From assembly GCA_946402335.1 (NCBI GenBank), contig CAMIWE010000003.1, positions 2,400 to 66,399 of the forward strand: a stretch of DNA of 64,000 bases, read 5' to 3'. Of this stretch, positions 18,601 through 24,089 are shown piece by piece; position 1 is the first letter of the stretch; every line of letters starts with the position of its first letter. The translations under genes and the position numbers were made by a program. This DNA comes from an uncultured Lachnoclostridium sp. (GTDB lineage: Bacteria; Bacillota; Clostridia; Lachnospirales; Lachnospiraceae). The notes under the pieces were generated by a model that did not search any database, was not told where the DNA came from, and saw only the letters and a list, made by a program, of their open reading frames with translations.

Positions 18601-19807
18601 CAACGCAATCGGCAGGAACATAATACTGCATTGTGTTCGAAAGGATATATTTAACGGTATCATTTTGAACCTGTTTTGAGGAATAAGACTGCGTGATAAC
18701 GACAAGTGCCTGATCTTCAATCGGCTCAAGACCGTAAACCGCCTGAAGCGTAACCGTACCGGTAAGCGCGCAGCGAACAGATACGCTTGTGGCGTAACTG
18801 GTAATCTGACCGTCCTGCATCCAGTAATGGAATACATAGCCGTCTATCGCCGGTGCTGTGAATGATTTTACTTCACCAATGGAAAGAATCTTGGAAACAG
18901 ACGGAGCAAGTTCATTCTCTCCGTCCGTATAAAGCACATTAACCGTACATTCTTCTCCGCTCGCTACGTAAGCAGGAACAATGACAATGGCATTCTTCTC
19001 GGCCATCGCGGCATGAATGGATTCATCCGTAGCTTCAATATCGGAAGGATTTCCGTTGTCATCCGCAAGATACCATCCCTTAAAGATACTGCCCATCTTA
19101 ATCGGAATATCGACAGGGAAATCGATAGTCTCAGATGTGGAATAGGTTCTTGATGAGAACAACTGGCTGTAAGCATTTCGGAAATATACTACGCCCTGAT
19201 TGGGGCGGTCTTCCTTCGGAGTATAATAAGCAATCAGTTTGGTTTCACCGGAAAAGATAAAAGAATAATCCTTATTAGACGAAACAATGTTGCCGGAACC
19301 ATTAACCCAATAACGGAAATCCATAGTATCATCCACGAATGATACAAACATTTTCTCGCCGGAATTGAAATTCTGTTTGAAAGAAATGAATTGTACGGCA
19401 CCATTGTTTACTTTAAATTCGGAGCCGGAGACTTCGAACTTGAAAGCAGAGCCGCTCTTCTTTTCATAGAGAGCTACCAGATCCCGATCGGAATTTACGG
19501 TAAAAGCATAGTCCTGACTAATGCTCAAGCGGTTCGAATAAGAAGTATCTGCGGCATCATACCAGCCAAGGAAGCTATATCCCGTGCGGGAATATGCTAT
19601 CACGGTTGCAGATGAACCGTCAGCATATAAACCGCCTCCGGAAACACGCGAAACGGTCGTAGTACCTCCTTTTACTCTGGTTGTGGCGGTAATCACATAC
19701 CCTTCTTCCTCTTCACCTGCCGCCTTAGAAACAGACGGGAACAGAATAAATGCGAGGAAAAGAATGCAGATACCGTATAGAATCCTTGCTTTCAAATGAT
19801 TTTTCAT
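9689..19807 (-). CDS. Giant (3372 aa) secreted modular surface protein
   Basis: Single ORF from the track. Signal peptide is MKNHLKARILYGICILFLAFILFPSVSKA. It has GW(Y/D)-type B-repeat motifs (GYSFLGWY, FKGWYLADDNG, YNFIGWDPEL), 3 DW-C-DY modules, about 30 GH...C...CxxC mini-modules, a beta-helix and a C-terminal Hint domain (sub-features below). There is no LPXTG-like motif, C-terminal TM, SLH or choline-binding motif. Confidence 0.9.
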   Translation of the reverse strand: MKNHLKARILYGICILFLAFILFPSVSKAAGEEEEGYVITATTRVKGGTTTVSRVSGGGLYADGSSATVIAYSRTGYSFLGWYDAADTSYSNRLSISQDYAFTVNSDRDLVALYEKKSGSAFKFEVSGSEFKVNNGAVQFISFKQNFNSGEKMFVSFVDDTMDFRYWVNGSGNIVSSNKDYSFIFSGETKLIAYYTPKEDRPNQGVVYFRNAYSQLFSSRTYSTSETIDFPVDIPIKMGSIFKGWYLADDNGNPSDIEATDESIHAAMAEKNAIVIVPAYVASGEECTVNVLYTDGENELAPSVSKILSIGEVKSFTAPAIDGYVFHYWMQDGQITSYATSVSVRCALTGTVTLQAVYGLEPIEDQALVVITQSYSSKQVQNDTVKYILSNTMQYYVPADCVVSVSGFVFGVNGTLFGGEDAAQNLVLGGVDVRQLKSGLTTQKGVYTYNLSTTDPNIVLYIRAYVSYRDKDGALHTIYSDINSFSYNSLNGVYYTVTFNDAEGNALQTSDVLMGQMPVYEGEEPVKAEDDEYTYNFIGWDPELAPVTADAVYNPVFEPVPIPAPDMPTAIVTEVAPLENVQLYDPSTLNPVTKTVRSIDGVYSYTADSVEDKTKEYYADWNCDYRVSFDHDIAAGSFGFYGAYSGFGTDFEAAFLSPVGFAEGDSLFLLQSLGLSNVTYHDIYTNIPEFICGAFNISDANIGTTVTVELVMWEPGTDPKDAYVVAQKSYTFAGATKLDCIHNWSNWTVSKEASCLEDGEETRVCANCDEIETRAIDALGHDLIHHDAQAATCTEVGWDAYDTCSRCYYSTYVKIEAFGHTPKAAVEENRVEPTCIAAGSYDAVVYCDTCGEELSRNHQVIDALGHDLIHHDAQAATCTEVGWDAYDTCSRCYYSTYVKIEAFGHTPKAAVEENRVEPTCIAAGSYDAVVYCETCGEELSREPKTIDALGHDLIHHDAQAATCTEVGWDAYDTCSRCYYSTYVKIEAFGHTPKAAVEENRVEPTCIAAGSYDAVVYCDTCGEELSRTATVIDALGHDLIHHDAQAATCTENGWNAYDTCSRCYYSTYVKIEAFGHTPNEAVEENYVEATCEADGSYDMVVYCDTCGEVLERVTHTIPKYPSAQVDELEPRTNLPLVNIRNLNEDLHKTVDKLNAEYSFTSVTPEDATYDYYKDWNCDYRVTFADDFLENSFGLFGEYSGFGTTYSLAFLFPNNVVAGDEVYLLQAAGLENVTYRDIRSDINTFVCGVFNVSALNLGKKMTVELIMWAPDSDRDSAKTIVAIEYTFDDRSNVDCVHNWGGWYVTTAPDCITEGEETRVCEYCNASETRPVDALGHDYIHHDSQAATCTEIGWDAYDTCSRCDYTTYTEIAALGHTPKEAVEENRVEPTCIETGSYDAVVYCDTCGEELSREPKVIDALGHDFIHHDAQAATCTEIGWDAYDTCSRCEYSTYVKIEALGHMPKEAVEENRVEPTCTETGSYEAVVYCDTCGEELSREPKVIDALGHDLINHPAQAATCTEIGWDAYDTCSRCDYTTYVEIAALGHTPKDAVEENYVEPTISEDGSYDMVVYCDTCGAELERVTHTIPKYPSALVTEKEPQTGVPIIDINDPFGDTHIMVDHLGVEYEFTADVPSDETLAYYRDWNSDYRITFDGDFAKESFGLYGAYSGYGTDLSFAFLFPQDVADGETFDLLRSFGLDNVTYNDCLFNIGTFDCGAFNLSALNIGKKMTVELVIWAPDADRSEAVTVSRIEYVIDETSTLQCIHNWGMWFETTHPTCTADGEETRTCQYCNGVEARPVSALGHDLTQYDAKAVTCTEDGWDAYEACSRCDYTTQVVIPALGHLIVEHAAQAATCTEIGWDAYVTCERCDYTTYAKIDALGHDLVHHAAQPVTCLVDGWDAYDTCERCDYTTFVLIEAPGHLEAEAVKENVKGESCTEEGSYDLVVYCEVCGTELSRDYIVVPAKSHTPLPAVRENEIPATCTEAGYYDDVVYCDVCGYKLSTTKMVIPASGHVMMDPVQENLVEPTCEEFGSYDLVRYCSVCNSEISRGKISLNRLGHVQGQLININIVEPTCTENGSHDVVAYCNRCNKLLLSNHIIDSMKGHLNGEPVAENIKEATCTQASTYEAVVYCTRCGIQRSRTTIIVGSSLGHKTVYHAPKAATCTEDGWNPHNTCERCDYTSIVVYPALGHSFGSWSVTAEPTCTEAGEETRTCSRCGETETREVEALGHDLISHAAQSATCTEIGWNAYETCLRCDYTTYAEIASFGHTPKAAVEENRVEATCLEAGSYEAVVYCNTCGAELSRENQVIAALGHDLISHAAQAATCTEIGWNAYDTCSRCDYTTYVEIAALGHNWGEPTWSWTGNDADGYTSATASFVCQNNASHTDSVSTEVTGTIGTGDDAGYMVYTAEVSFNNNTYADKKKVEIASANTFTHSDNFANVDRYLYRVGNGNTVKLGSLFKVDEAGDSAPVSSDVTIKVVAVESNSSVKGTGTNLAEGSTAKCVYSANASDWTQSTLKFTGEGPVKVTIKEGNGDEYTLNLEVVNANNATTATNASSANIVLLNDVSTSGMSISNGKTLYGNGFSVIDTRTDTSGAKGWINVTNGYANNVQFLGQYFPTAVMSGTSNQYYQDTIRLSGNSGLYNCLVTGSKYAVNVTTGNSTIEDTSIIGGAVANMIIGGGERVVLKNLTTVQPGYDDSPYGMGIIVESDVPKVILDGYLHQYNWAQQSDVPSTYNSFLGSLFNDSAYSNIRYKNQNKTYVNTGILYFNENVNLNANNLLDERNSDQKVGMPYTRVSKTALGKTGLCYTVEGNSLESVSLDYSDDFSNRQAVVIPAESWNWPNEHVSERRYCYYDSDERKVKIGFEEENLDGYSVDLGALSVNKFGIPLSYTVRLSGSVCANSIVTFTEAGEYELEFEYTDPYNYNSLGNKDSSVTYRKDFMVSVSAIKAAAKNAEFTFYGYNSESKTPSQTYSSKTVITSGGKKYVMPDVTSTSNTVKSTTVDGITVYCPVVYVDFQDNYSDFNWLYPIFLAVDIKDYANGGTAQNATTIVNHSSQASRPSSVNILTEDKPSKGTGWSSGSGKAGTEGKLSSGTYKNLYGWTSGALGSDKSESELYASFSYTDNKGDTFYYVVAYYRAAHTCPSPGCFASGTMITLADGSQKPIEEISSDDQILSWDFFTGEYVSQNISILVDHGEAEYKVTNLAFSDGTSLRTIADHGLFDIDQNKFVYIFPENCKSFIGHRFVKQSVNNEYDVVELVDAYVTEEVTNAYSITAAYTSNAFASGLLTVAPPEEFYNWIPMGETMRYDTAKFEEALAKYGTYDYSVFAEYVTEKQFDEWNGKYLKIAVDSGKITFEEIVELINQYKQFMVD
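9692..9937 (-). other. 82-aa C-terminal tail following the Hint domain (function unknown)
   Basis: Sequence: APPEEFYNWIPMGETMRYDTAKFEEALAKYGTYDYSVFAEYVTEKQFDEWNGKYLKIAVDSGKITFEEIVELINQYKQFMVD. It is acidic and aromatic and looks helical. I recognise no toxin or enzyme motif. Confidence 0.5.
9938..10366 (-). other. Hint (Hedgehog/intein-like, bacterial intein-like) autoprocessing domain
   Basis: The junction is ...HTCPSPG|CFASGTMITLADGSQKPIEEISSDDQILS..., with the Cys codon at 10364-10366. A block-B-like DGTSLRTIADHGLF is present. The domain ends NAFASGLLTVAPP, with no terminal His-Asn and no +1 nucleophile. Confidence 0.75.
11630..12100 (-). other. Right-handed parallel beta-helix-like region
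   Basis: Short repeats rich in G/N/T/V with a periodicity of about 22 aa. They include NGKTLYGNGFSVIDTR, NVTNGYANNVQFLG, IRLSGNSGLYNCLVTGSKYAVNVTTGNSTIEDTSIIGGAVANMIIGGGERVVLKNL. Confidence 0.5.
12770..14530 (-). repeat. Array 3 of His/Cys3 mini-modules (about 14 copies, divergent)
   Basis: The recurring pattern is (A/S)(L/F)GH-x(11-15)-C(T)E-x-G-x(5-8)-C-x2-C, roughly every 40-45 aa. Examples are ALGHDLVHHAAQPVTCLVDGWDAYDTCERCDY and ASGHVMMDPVQENLVEPTCEEFGSYDLVRYCSVCNSE. Confidence 0.8.
14535..15070 (-). other. DW-C-DY module copy A3 (variant with Ser in place of the first Cys)
   Basis: Sequence: IPKYPSALVTEKEP...YYRDWNSDYRITFDGDFAKESFGLYGAYSGYG...FDCGAFNLSALNIGKKMTVELVIWAPD. Confidence 0.7.
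15070..15935 (-). repeat. Array 2 of His/Cys3 mini-modules (7 copies; about 2.5 DNA copies of a 255-bp unit at roughly 85-90% identity)
   Basis: The antisense shadow ORFs at 15536 and 15791 are exactly 255 nt apart. The protein repeats read IDALGHD(F/L/Y)IHHD(A/S)QAATCTEIGWDAYDTCSRC(D/E)Y and ALGH(T/M)PKEAVEENRVEPTC.ETGSY.AVVYCDTCGEELSREPKV. Confidence 0.8.
15935..16465 (-). other. DW-C-DY module copy A2
   Basis: Sequence: IPKYPSAQVDELEP...YYKDWNCDYRVTFADDFLENSFGLFGEYSGFG...FVCGVFNVSALNLGKKMTVELIMWAPD. Confidence 0.7.
16606..17480 (-). repeat. Near-identical in-frame tandem repeat, 255-bp unit, about 3.4 copies (85 aa = two His/Cys3 mini-modules per unit)
   Basis: Units begin with CATATGTTGAATAATAACAACGCGAGCAGG at 16606, 16861, 17116 and 17371, an exact 255-nt period. 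Aligned by eye they differ at only a few positions. The protein repeat is IDALGHDLIHHDAQAATCTEVGWDAYDTCSRCYYSTYVKIEAFGHTPKAAVEENRVEPTCIAAGSYDAVVYC(D/E)TCGEELSR. Confidence 0.9.
17600..18120 (-). other. DW-C-DY module copy A1
   Basis: Sequence: PAPDMPTAIVTEVAP...YYADWNCDYRVSFDHDIAAGSFGFYGAYSGFG...FICGAFNISDANIGTTVTVELVMWEPG. Confidence 0.7.
18335..18705 (-). other. About 120-aa domain shared with the C-terminus of the 1356-aa protein
   Basis: VVITQSYSSKQ...YILSNTMQYYVPADCVVSVSGFVFG...LYIRAYVSYRDKDGALHTIYSD aligns by eye with SITQMYASQVDGNYILSTTMRYFVPEGCQLLESGFVYS...LYIRAYIIYTDSEGSVVTRYSD. Confidence 0.6.
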
Positions 19808-19843
19808 ATAACCTCCGGCCCTCTTTATTATATAACACGCAAA

Positions 19844-19866
19844 GGAGCGGCTAGATGAGCCGCTCC
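19844..19866 (-). terminator. Hairpin (GGAGCGGC-7-GCCGCTCC) between the small ORF and the giant gene; weak terminator or attenuator candidate
   Basis: An 8-bp GC-rich stem followed on the minus strand only by TTTG. It lies 37 nt upstream of the ATG at 19807. Confidence 0.35.
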
Positions 19867-19891
19867 TAAATTAAACTTAATTGACAAACTA

Positions 19892-19996
19892 TTACAGGTT
19901 ACCCTGACTCTCGCTTGTTCCAGTAGAATCAGTAATAACATCCGTCTCAACAAGCGTAACAACTTCCAACTCAAAACTAAGGAATTCTTCTTTCAT
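19892..19996 (-). CDS. Small acidic ORF (34 aa) between the two giant genes
   Basis: Too short for the ORF track. AGGAG lies 7 nt upstream of the ATG at 19996, and the ORF starts 17 nt after the stop of the 1356-aa gene. Translation: MKEEFLSFELEVVTLVETDVITDSTGTSESQGNL, stop TAA at 19892-19894. Confidence 0.4.
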   Translation of the reverse strand: MKEEFLSFELEVVTLVETDVITDSTGTSESQGNL

Positions 19997-20013
19997 AAAA
20001 ACACTCCTATTCA

Positions 20014-23000
20014 TTACTGATGCAGGGTATCATAACTACCATAAGAAACGTCACTATATCTAGTTACAACAGATCCTTCACTATCAGTATATATTATATA
20101 CGCACGAATGTAAAGTGTCAATGCATTTCTGCTTCCGGCATTTGCATGGAATGTATAGATGCCGGTAGCAGTCGTCAAAATGGAGACATTCTTCGCCGTT
20201 CCGGTAGCTCCGATAACCAGATCGTCCAGAGCGTTCGCATATATGCTGTTGGTGCTGTATACGAAACCACTTTCAAGAAGCTGGCATCCTTCCGGCACAA
20301 AGTAGCGCATCGTAGTGGAAAGGATATAATTGCCGTCAACCTGCGAAGCATACATCTGCGTGATGGATACACCGGATTCGGGTTCAAGAGTTCCCTCATA
20401 GTTAAATACTGCAGTTACTTCAATCGAACCGCCGACAGCGACAACCGTATACTGAGACTGTGTGGATGCAATCGTTGCTCCGCCGTCAGTGCTCCAGAAT
20501 GCGAATTCATCCGTATCCTCAAGTCCGAAATCAGAAACGATGTCATCTAGCGTAATCTTTACGGTCTTACCGGCTGCATAAGAAACATCGGTATATGCAT
20601 CCAGTGTGAGTTCTTCGGTTCCCTTCAATACCTTAACGGTAAGGGTATAGGTCTCACCACTTTCGCTTGCAACATAGGTCGGGACTACTTCAACGCACTT
20701 CTCTCCGAGCGCAAGAATTGCATCGCCGGTTGCTTCGGTGCTTGTTCCCTTGATTACCCACTTATCGAAGGTATAACCCATCTTTGTAGGAGAAACCTCA
20801 GCAAGGAAGTCATCAATATCGAATGCATCCTCATAGGTTCCTTCAGCAAGTACCTGCTTATAAGCATTCAATACAACAACCTTAACACTGGATCCGCTTG
20901 CAGTCGATACAACCAGTTTAAGGATCGAATCACTTGCCATGGTAAAGGTATAATCCGGACTGGTGCTTACAATATTATCAGATTCGTTGGTCCAATACAG
21001 GAAATCTTCACCGGTATAGGAAACGGTAACGCTGGTTCCCACTTTCTTACGGAAATCACCGGCAGCTTCCTGAATCTCGGAATCATCAACCTTATATAAT
21101 ACACCGTCTACATGCAGATTTGCAGAAACATCGTTAACCGTATACTTTGCAACCAGGTCGGTATCGGCCGTTACGTTAAACGTATAACTGCTCTCGGTAG
21201 CAACACGTTCGCCGGCAACATACCATCCGTCAAATGTGTAATTGGTAACTTCAGGAGCCGTTACGGTAACTTCCTCGTTGTAAGCATACTCTCCGCCGCC
21301 GGTAAGGGTTGCAACATTCTGATTGTTGTTGTTATCAACAGAAGAAAGCGTAACCGTGCAGGTAGCGGGATGAACCGTGGTAGGCTCGCCAAATGTATAG
21401 GTTACAGGAGCACAAAGATCGATATATTCGGGATTCTCAAGGCTTGCATCCCAGATAACCAGACGAACCGTCATCTGTGTGCCAACATTGGCCGCATCGA
21501 GGTTGAATGCGCCGCAATTGAACACCTGAACGTCATCGTAAATTTCTTTATAACTGCATTCGTTGCCAAGTACATCCTTCATAAGGAAGTACTCGGTGTT
21601 GGCCGTAATCGGGCCAAGTCCGACTATAGCAAAATCGTAATTTGCATATGCACCGTAAAGGCCATAGGTATTATTGGCAAGATCATCCGAGAAGCTGATG
21701 ATATAATCACAACGCCACTGCTTGAAATAATCGTACTGCTCGTCGGTAGCCTCGTCCATAGAGAACTTGTACTCTACACCGATCGCGTCAACGACATTGT
21801 CCGTTCCCTGTACGGGAACAAGCGTGGAAGGATTCTCAACGGAAACAACCGTAGCGGTAGGATATTCCGGAACGATATCACGGATCGTGGTAGGCTCTTC
21901 GAAAACATAGCTGTCTTCGTAAATCACTACGGCATCATCACGGTCACCATCAGCAGGATACATGATCAGCTGGATGGTCATCGTCGTACCGATATTATCA
22001 TCGGAAAGATTCAATGCGCCGCAAATGAAATCCTGAACCGATGTTCTTACATAATCATATGTGCAAAGATCTGCGTCGTTCAGAACACCTGCCATAAGAA
22101 GAATCTTCTCGCCGGCCGTAATGGCATTCGGATAAGCAAATGCTCTCTCGTAGTCGGCGTATTTGCCGTAAAGGCCAATGGAACCGGCAGCAATATCATC
22201 GCTGAAGGAAACAGCGAAATCGCACTTCCAGTTTCCGTAATAAGCAATCTGCTCATCGGTTGCATCGTCTGCAGTAAACATAACAGCCTTGGCAACATCC
22301 GTAAGCTTGTTCAGATCATTACCGTTTGCATCCCAAACCGGAACATCGGTAGGAGCAGGGGTAACATCCGTAACCGTAGCCGTAGGAAGCTCGGGAGCAA
22401 TCATACTAAGCTCGGTAAGATCATCGAAGCCGTACTCGGTCTCGGTAAGAACAACTGCGTCAGCAGCGGAACCGTCAACAGGCCAGAGAATCAGGCGGAC
22501 ATCAATCGTGCTGTCAGCGTTATCCTCATCGAGATTGAAGATACCGCAGGTGAACGGACTTACAACATTCAAAAGTTCCGTATAAGTCAGTGTCGTACCT
22601 GCTAATGCAGACTCCAAAAGACGTACGCTGTCGCCGGCGGAAACGTCCTGCGGATACAGGAATGCATACTCATAACTGCCATATGCGCCGTAAAGGCCAA
22701 ATGACTCGGTTGCTACGTCATCGTTAAATACGATTTCGTAATCGCAATACCAGTCTTTATAGAAGTCAAGCACTTCTGCAGAAGGCTGATCTGCGGTAAA
22801 GATGTATTCCTTACCAAGGTCAGCAGTCTTATTCAAAGAAGTAAAGCTGCCGTTAGCAAGGGAATAAACTTCCACATCAGTTGCAGGATTGGTTACTTCT
22901 TCAACCGTAGCGGTCGGAAGCAGTTTCTTATACGGGATTGCCAGTACATTGTCCGCCTCATTATCAGTAATTAACAGCGCCGGGTTGGATGCACGGGTAA

Positions 23001-24045
23001 GAAGGAAGCCATCATAAACAAGGTTCGAAGGATCATGTACCTTCGTAGCCTCGATGGTCGAGCCGAGAGTAGCCTCGCCTTCTTCACGCTCAGCGATTTC
23101 AATCTCCGTTCCGTCTAATACGAAACGGATTTCGAAGAACTCGCGATCAACAGCAATATTAATCTCGGGATTGTTTGCAGTGGAAGGCGTATTGCCGGAA
23201 ACACTTGCAATATCTTCCACAACAACGCTTGCTCCCTGAGCAGCATAAATACCGCCGCCGATTCCCTGCTGAGTGCTGTTGGAATTATTTACATTATTGT
23301 TTGTGATTCTCGCATCCTCTTCCACGATAACGGAACCATTCTCAGCAACATAGATGCCGCCGCCAGCTCCTGACGTAATATTTCTCTCGCGGAAAGTCGA
23401 ATAGTTATCACAGATGTTACCGCTTTCAAAGATAAATGTACCGTCTTCGACATATACACCGCCACCGTTGGTCTTAGGAGGCGTAATCGTCATTCCGTCA
23501 AAAGTCCAGGTATCTTTACCGCTTGTACCCTTATTCATACCTCCGGAAATCTGACCGGTCATACCGGTGCTGGAATCACGGATGGTAAGTGTCGCGCCGT
23601 TCCGAATCCAGATAACCATACCTGCGGAATGTACACCCATTTTTTTTCTGTCATTAAACTCTCTTCGAATCGTATGACCTGCAAGATCAATAACGGTATC
23701 CTGTACAATCAAAACAGGGCCGAGGCCTTCGTAATACGGATAAGAATCCGGATCATCCGGGTCCGAATAAACCAAAATATTAAAGGAAGCTTTATAATCA
23801 CGGTCTGCTTCATTAATATTGTCGATATCCGAAAAATCACTGTCCAGACGGAAAGAACCGCCTTTGTACAGGGCTCTCAAAAAGTCATCCCAGCTTAAAT
23901 CCGAGCCAAGTACGGTTACCTCGTCGGGTTCGCCCTCTGCATAAGCCTTAGGAGCCTTCACGGAAAGAACGCTCGTAAGGACAAGCACGGCTACGGAAAG
24001 CCCGACTACAACTTTCTTACATTTGCCGGTTAAAAATCCAAGCAT
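20014..24045 (-). CDS. Giant (about 1343-1356 aa) secreted modular surface protein, paralogous in module content to the 3372-aa protein
   Basis: The ORF track gives 20014..24084. I prefer the ATG at 24045 (MLGFLTGKCKKVVVGLSVAVLVLTSVLSVKAPKAYA), which follows RBS AAGAGGAG. The first ATG at 24084 lies only 5 nt after the serS stop. It contains GGG(I/V)Y beta-helix repeats, 3 DW-C-DY modules and B-repeat motifs (YTFDGWYVAG, FLYWTNESD, YTFDKWVIKG, FAFWSTDGG). No anchor motif is visible. Confidence 0.85.
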   Translation of the reverse strand: MLGFLTGKCKKVVVGLSVAVLVLTSVLSVKAPKAYAEGEPDEVTVLGSDLSWDDFLRALYKGGSFRLDSDFSDIDNINEADRDYKASFNILVYSDPDDPDSYPYYEGLGPVLIVQDTVIDLAGHTIRREFNDRKKMGVHSAGMVIWIRNGATLTIRDSSTGMTGQISGGMNKGTSGKDTWTFDGMTITPPKTNGGGVYVEDGTFIFESGNICDNYSTFRERNITSGAGGGIYVAENGSVIVEEDARITNNNVNNSNSTQQGIGGGIYAAQGASVVVEDIASVSGNTPSTANNPEINIAVDREFFEIRFVLDGTEIEIAEREEGEATLGSTIEATKVHDPSNLVYDGFLLTRASNPALLITDNEADNVLAIPYKKLLPTATVEEVTNPATDVEVYSLANGSFTSLNKTADLGKEYIFTADQPSAEVLDFYKDWYCDYEIVFNDDVATESFGLYGAYGSYEYAFLYPQDVSAGDSVRLLESALAGTTLTYTELLNVVSPFTCGIFNLDEDNADSTIDVRLILWPVDGSAADAVVLTETEYGFDDLTELSMIAPELPTATVTDVTPAPTDVPVWDANGNDLNKLTDVAKAVMFTADDATDEQIAYYGNWKCDFAVSFSDDIAAGSIGLYGKYADYERAFAYPNAITAGEKILLMAGVLNDADLCTYDYVRTSVQDFICGALNLSDDNIGTTMTIQLIMYPADGDRDDAVVIYEDSYVFEEPTTIRDIVPEYPTATVVSVENPSTLVPVQGTDNVVDAIGVEYKFSMDEATDEQYDYFKQWRCDYIISFSDDLANNTYGLYGAYANYDFAIVGLGPITANTEYFLMKDVLGNECSYKEIYDDVQVFNCGAFNLDAANVGTQMTVRLVIWDASLENPEYIDLCAPVTYTFGEPTTVHPATCTVTLSSVDNNNNQNVATLTGGGEYAYNEEVTVTAPEVTNYTFDGWYVAGERVATESSYTFNVTADTDLVAKYTVNDVSANLHVDGVLYKVDDSEIQEAAGDFRKKVGTSVTVSYTGEDFLYWTNESDNIVSTSPDYTFTMASDSILKLVVSTASGSSVKVVVLNAYKQVLAEGTYEDAFDIDDFLAEVSPTKMGYTFDKWVIKGTSTEATGDAILALGEKCVEVVPTYVASESGETYTLTVKVLKGTEELTLDAYTDVSYAAGKTVKITLDDIVSDFGLEDTDEFAFWSTDGGATIASTQSQYTVVAVGGSIEVTAVFNYEGTLEPESGVSITQMYASQVDGNYILSTTMRYFVPEGCQLLESGFVYSTNSIYANALDDLVIGATGTAKNVSILTTATGIYTFHANAGSRNALTLYIRAYIIYTDSEGSVVTRYSDVSYGSYDTLHQ
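20017..20385 (-). other. C-terminal ~120-aa domain shared with residues ~365-490 of the 3372-aa protein
   Basis: See the feature at 18335-18705. Confidence 0.6.
21385..22925 (-). other. Three tandem DW-C-DY modules (B1 22410-22925, B2 21885-22400, B3 21385-21875)
   Basis: B1: FYKDWYCDYEIVFNDDVATESFGLYGAYGSY...FTCGIFNLDEDNADSTIDVRLILWP. B2: YYGNWKCDFAVSFSDDIAAGSIGLYGKYADY...FICGALNLSDDNIGTTMTIQLIMYP. B3: YFKQWRCDYIISFSDDLANNTYGLYGAYANY...FNCGAFNLDAANVGTQMTVRLVIWD. Each is preceded by a P(E/L)(Y/L)PTATV linker. Confidence 0.7.
23190..23700 (-). other. Pmp-like parallel beta-helix region (GGGxY repeats)
   Basis: Repeats are NGGGVYVEDGTFIFESGNI, SGAGGGIYVAENGSVIVEEDARI and GIGGGIYAAQGASVVVEDIASV. 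Confidence 0.55.
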
Positions 24046-24089
24046 AAACAACACTTCTCCTCTTACATATTTATCAAAAAGCATTTCTG

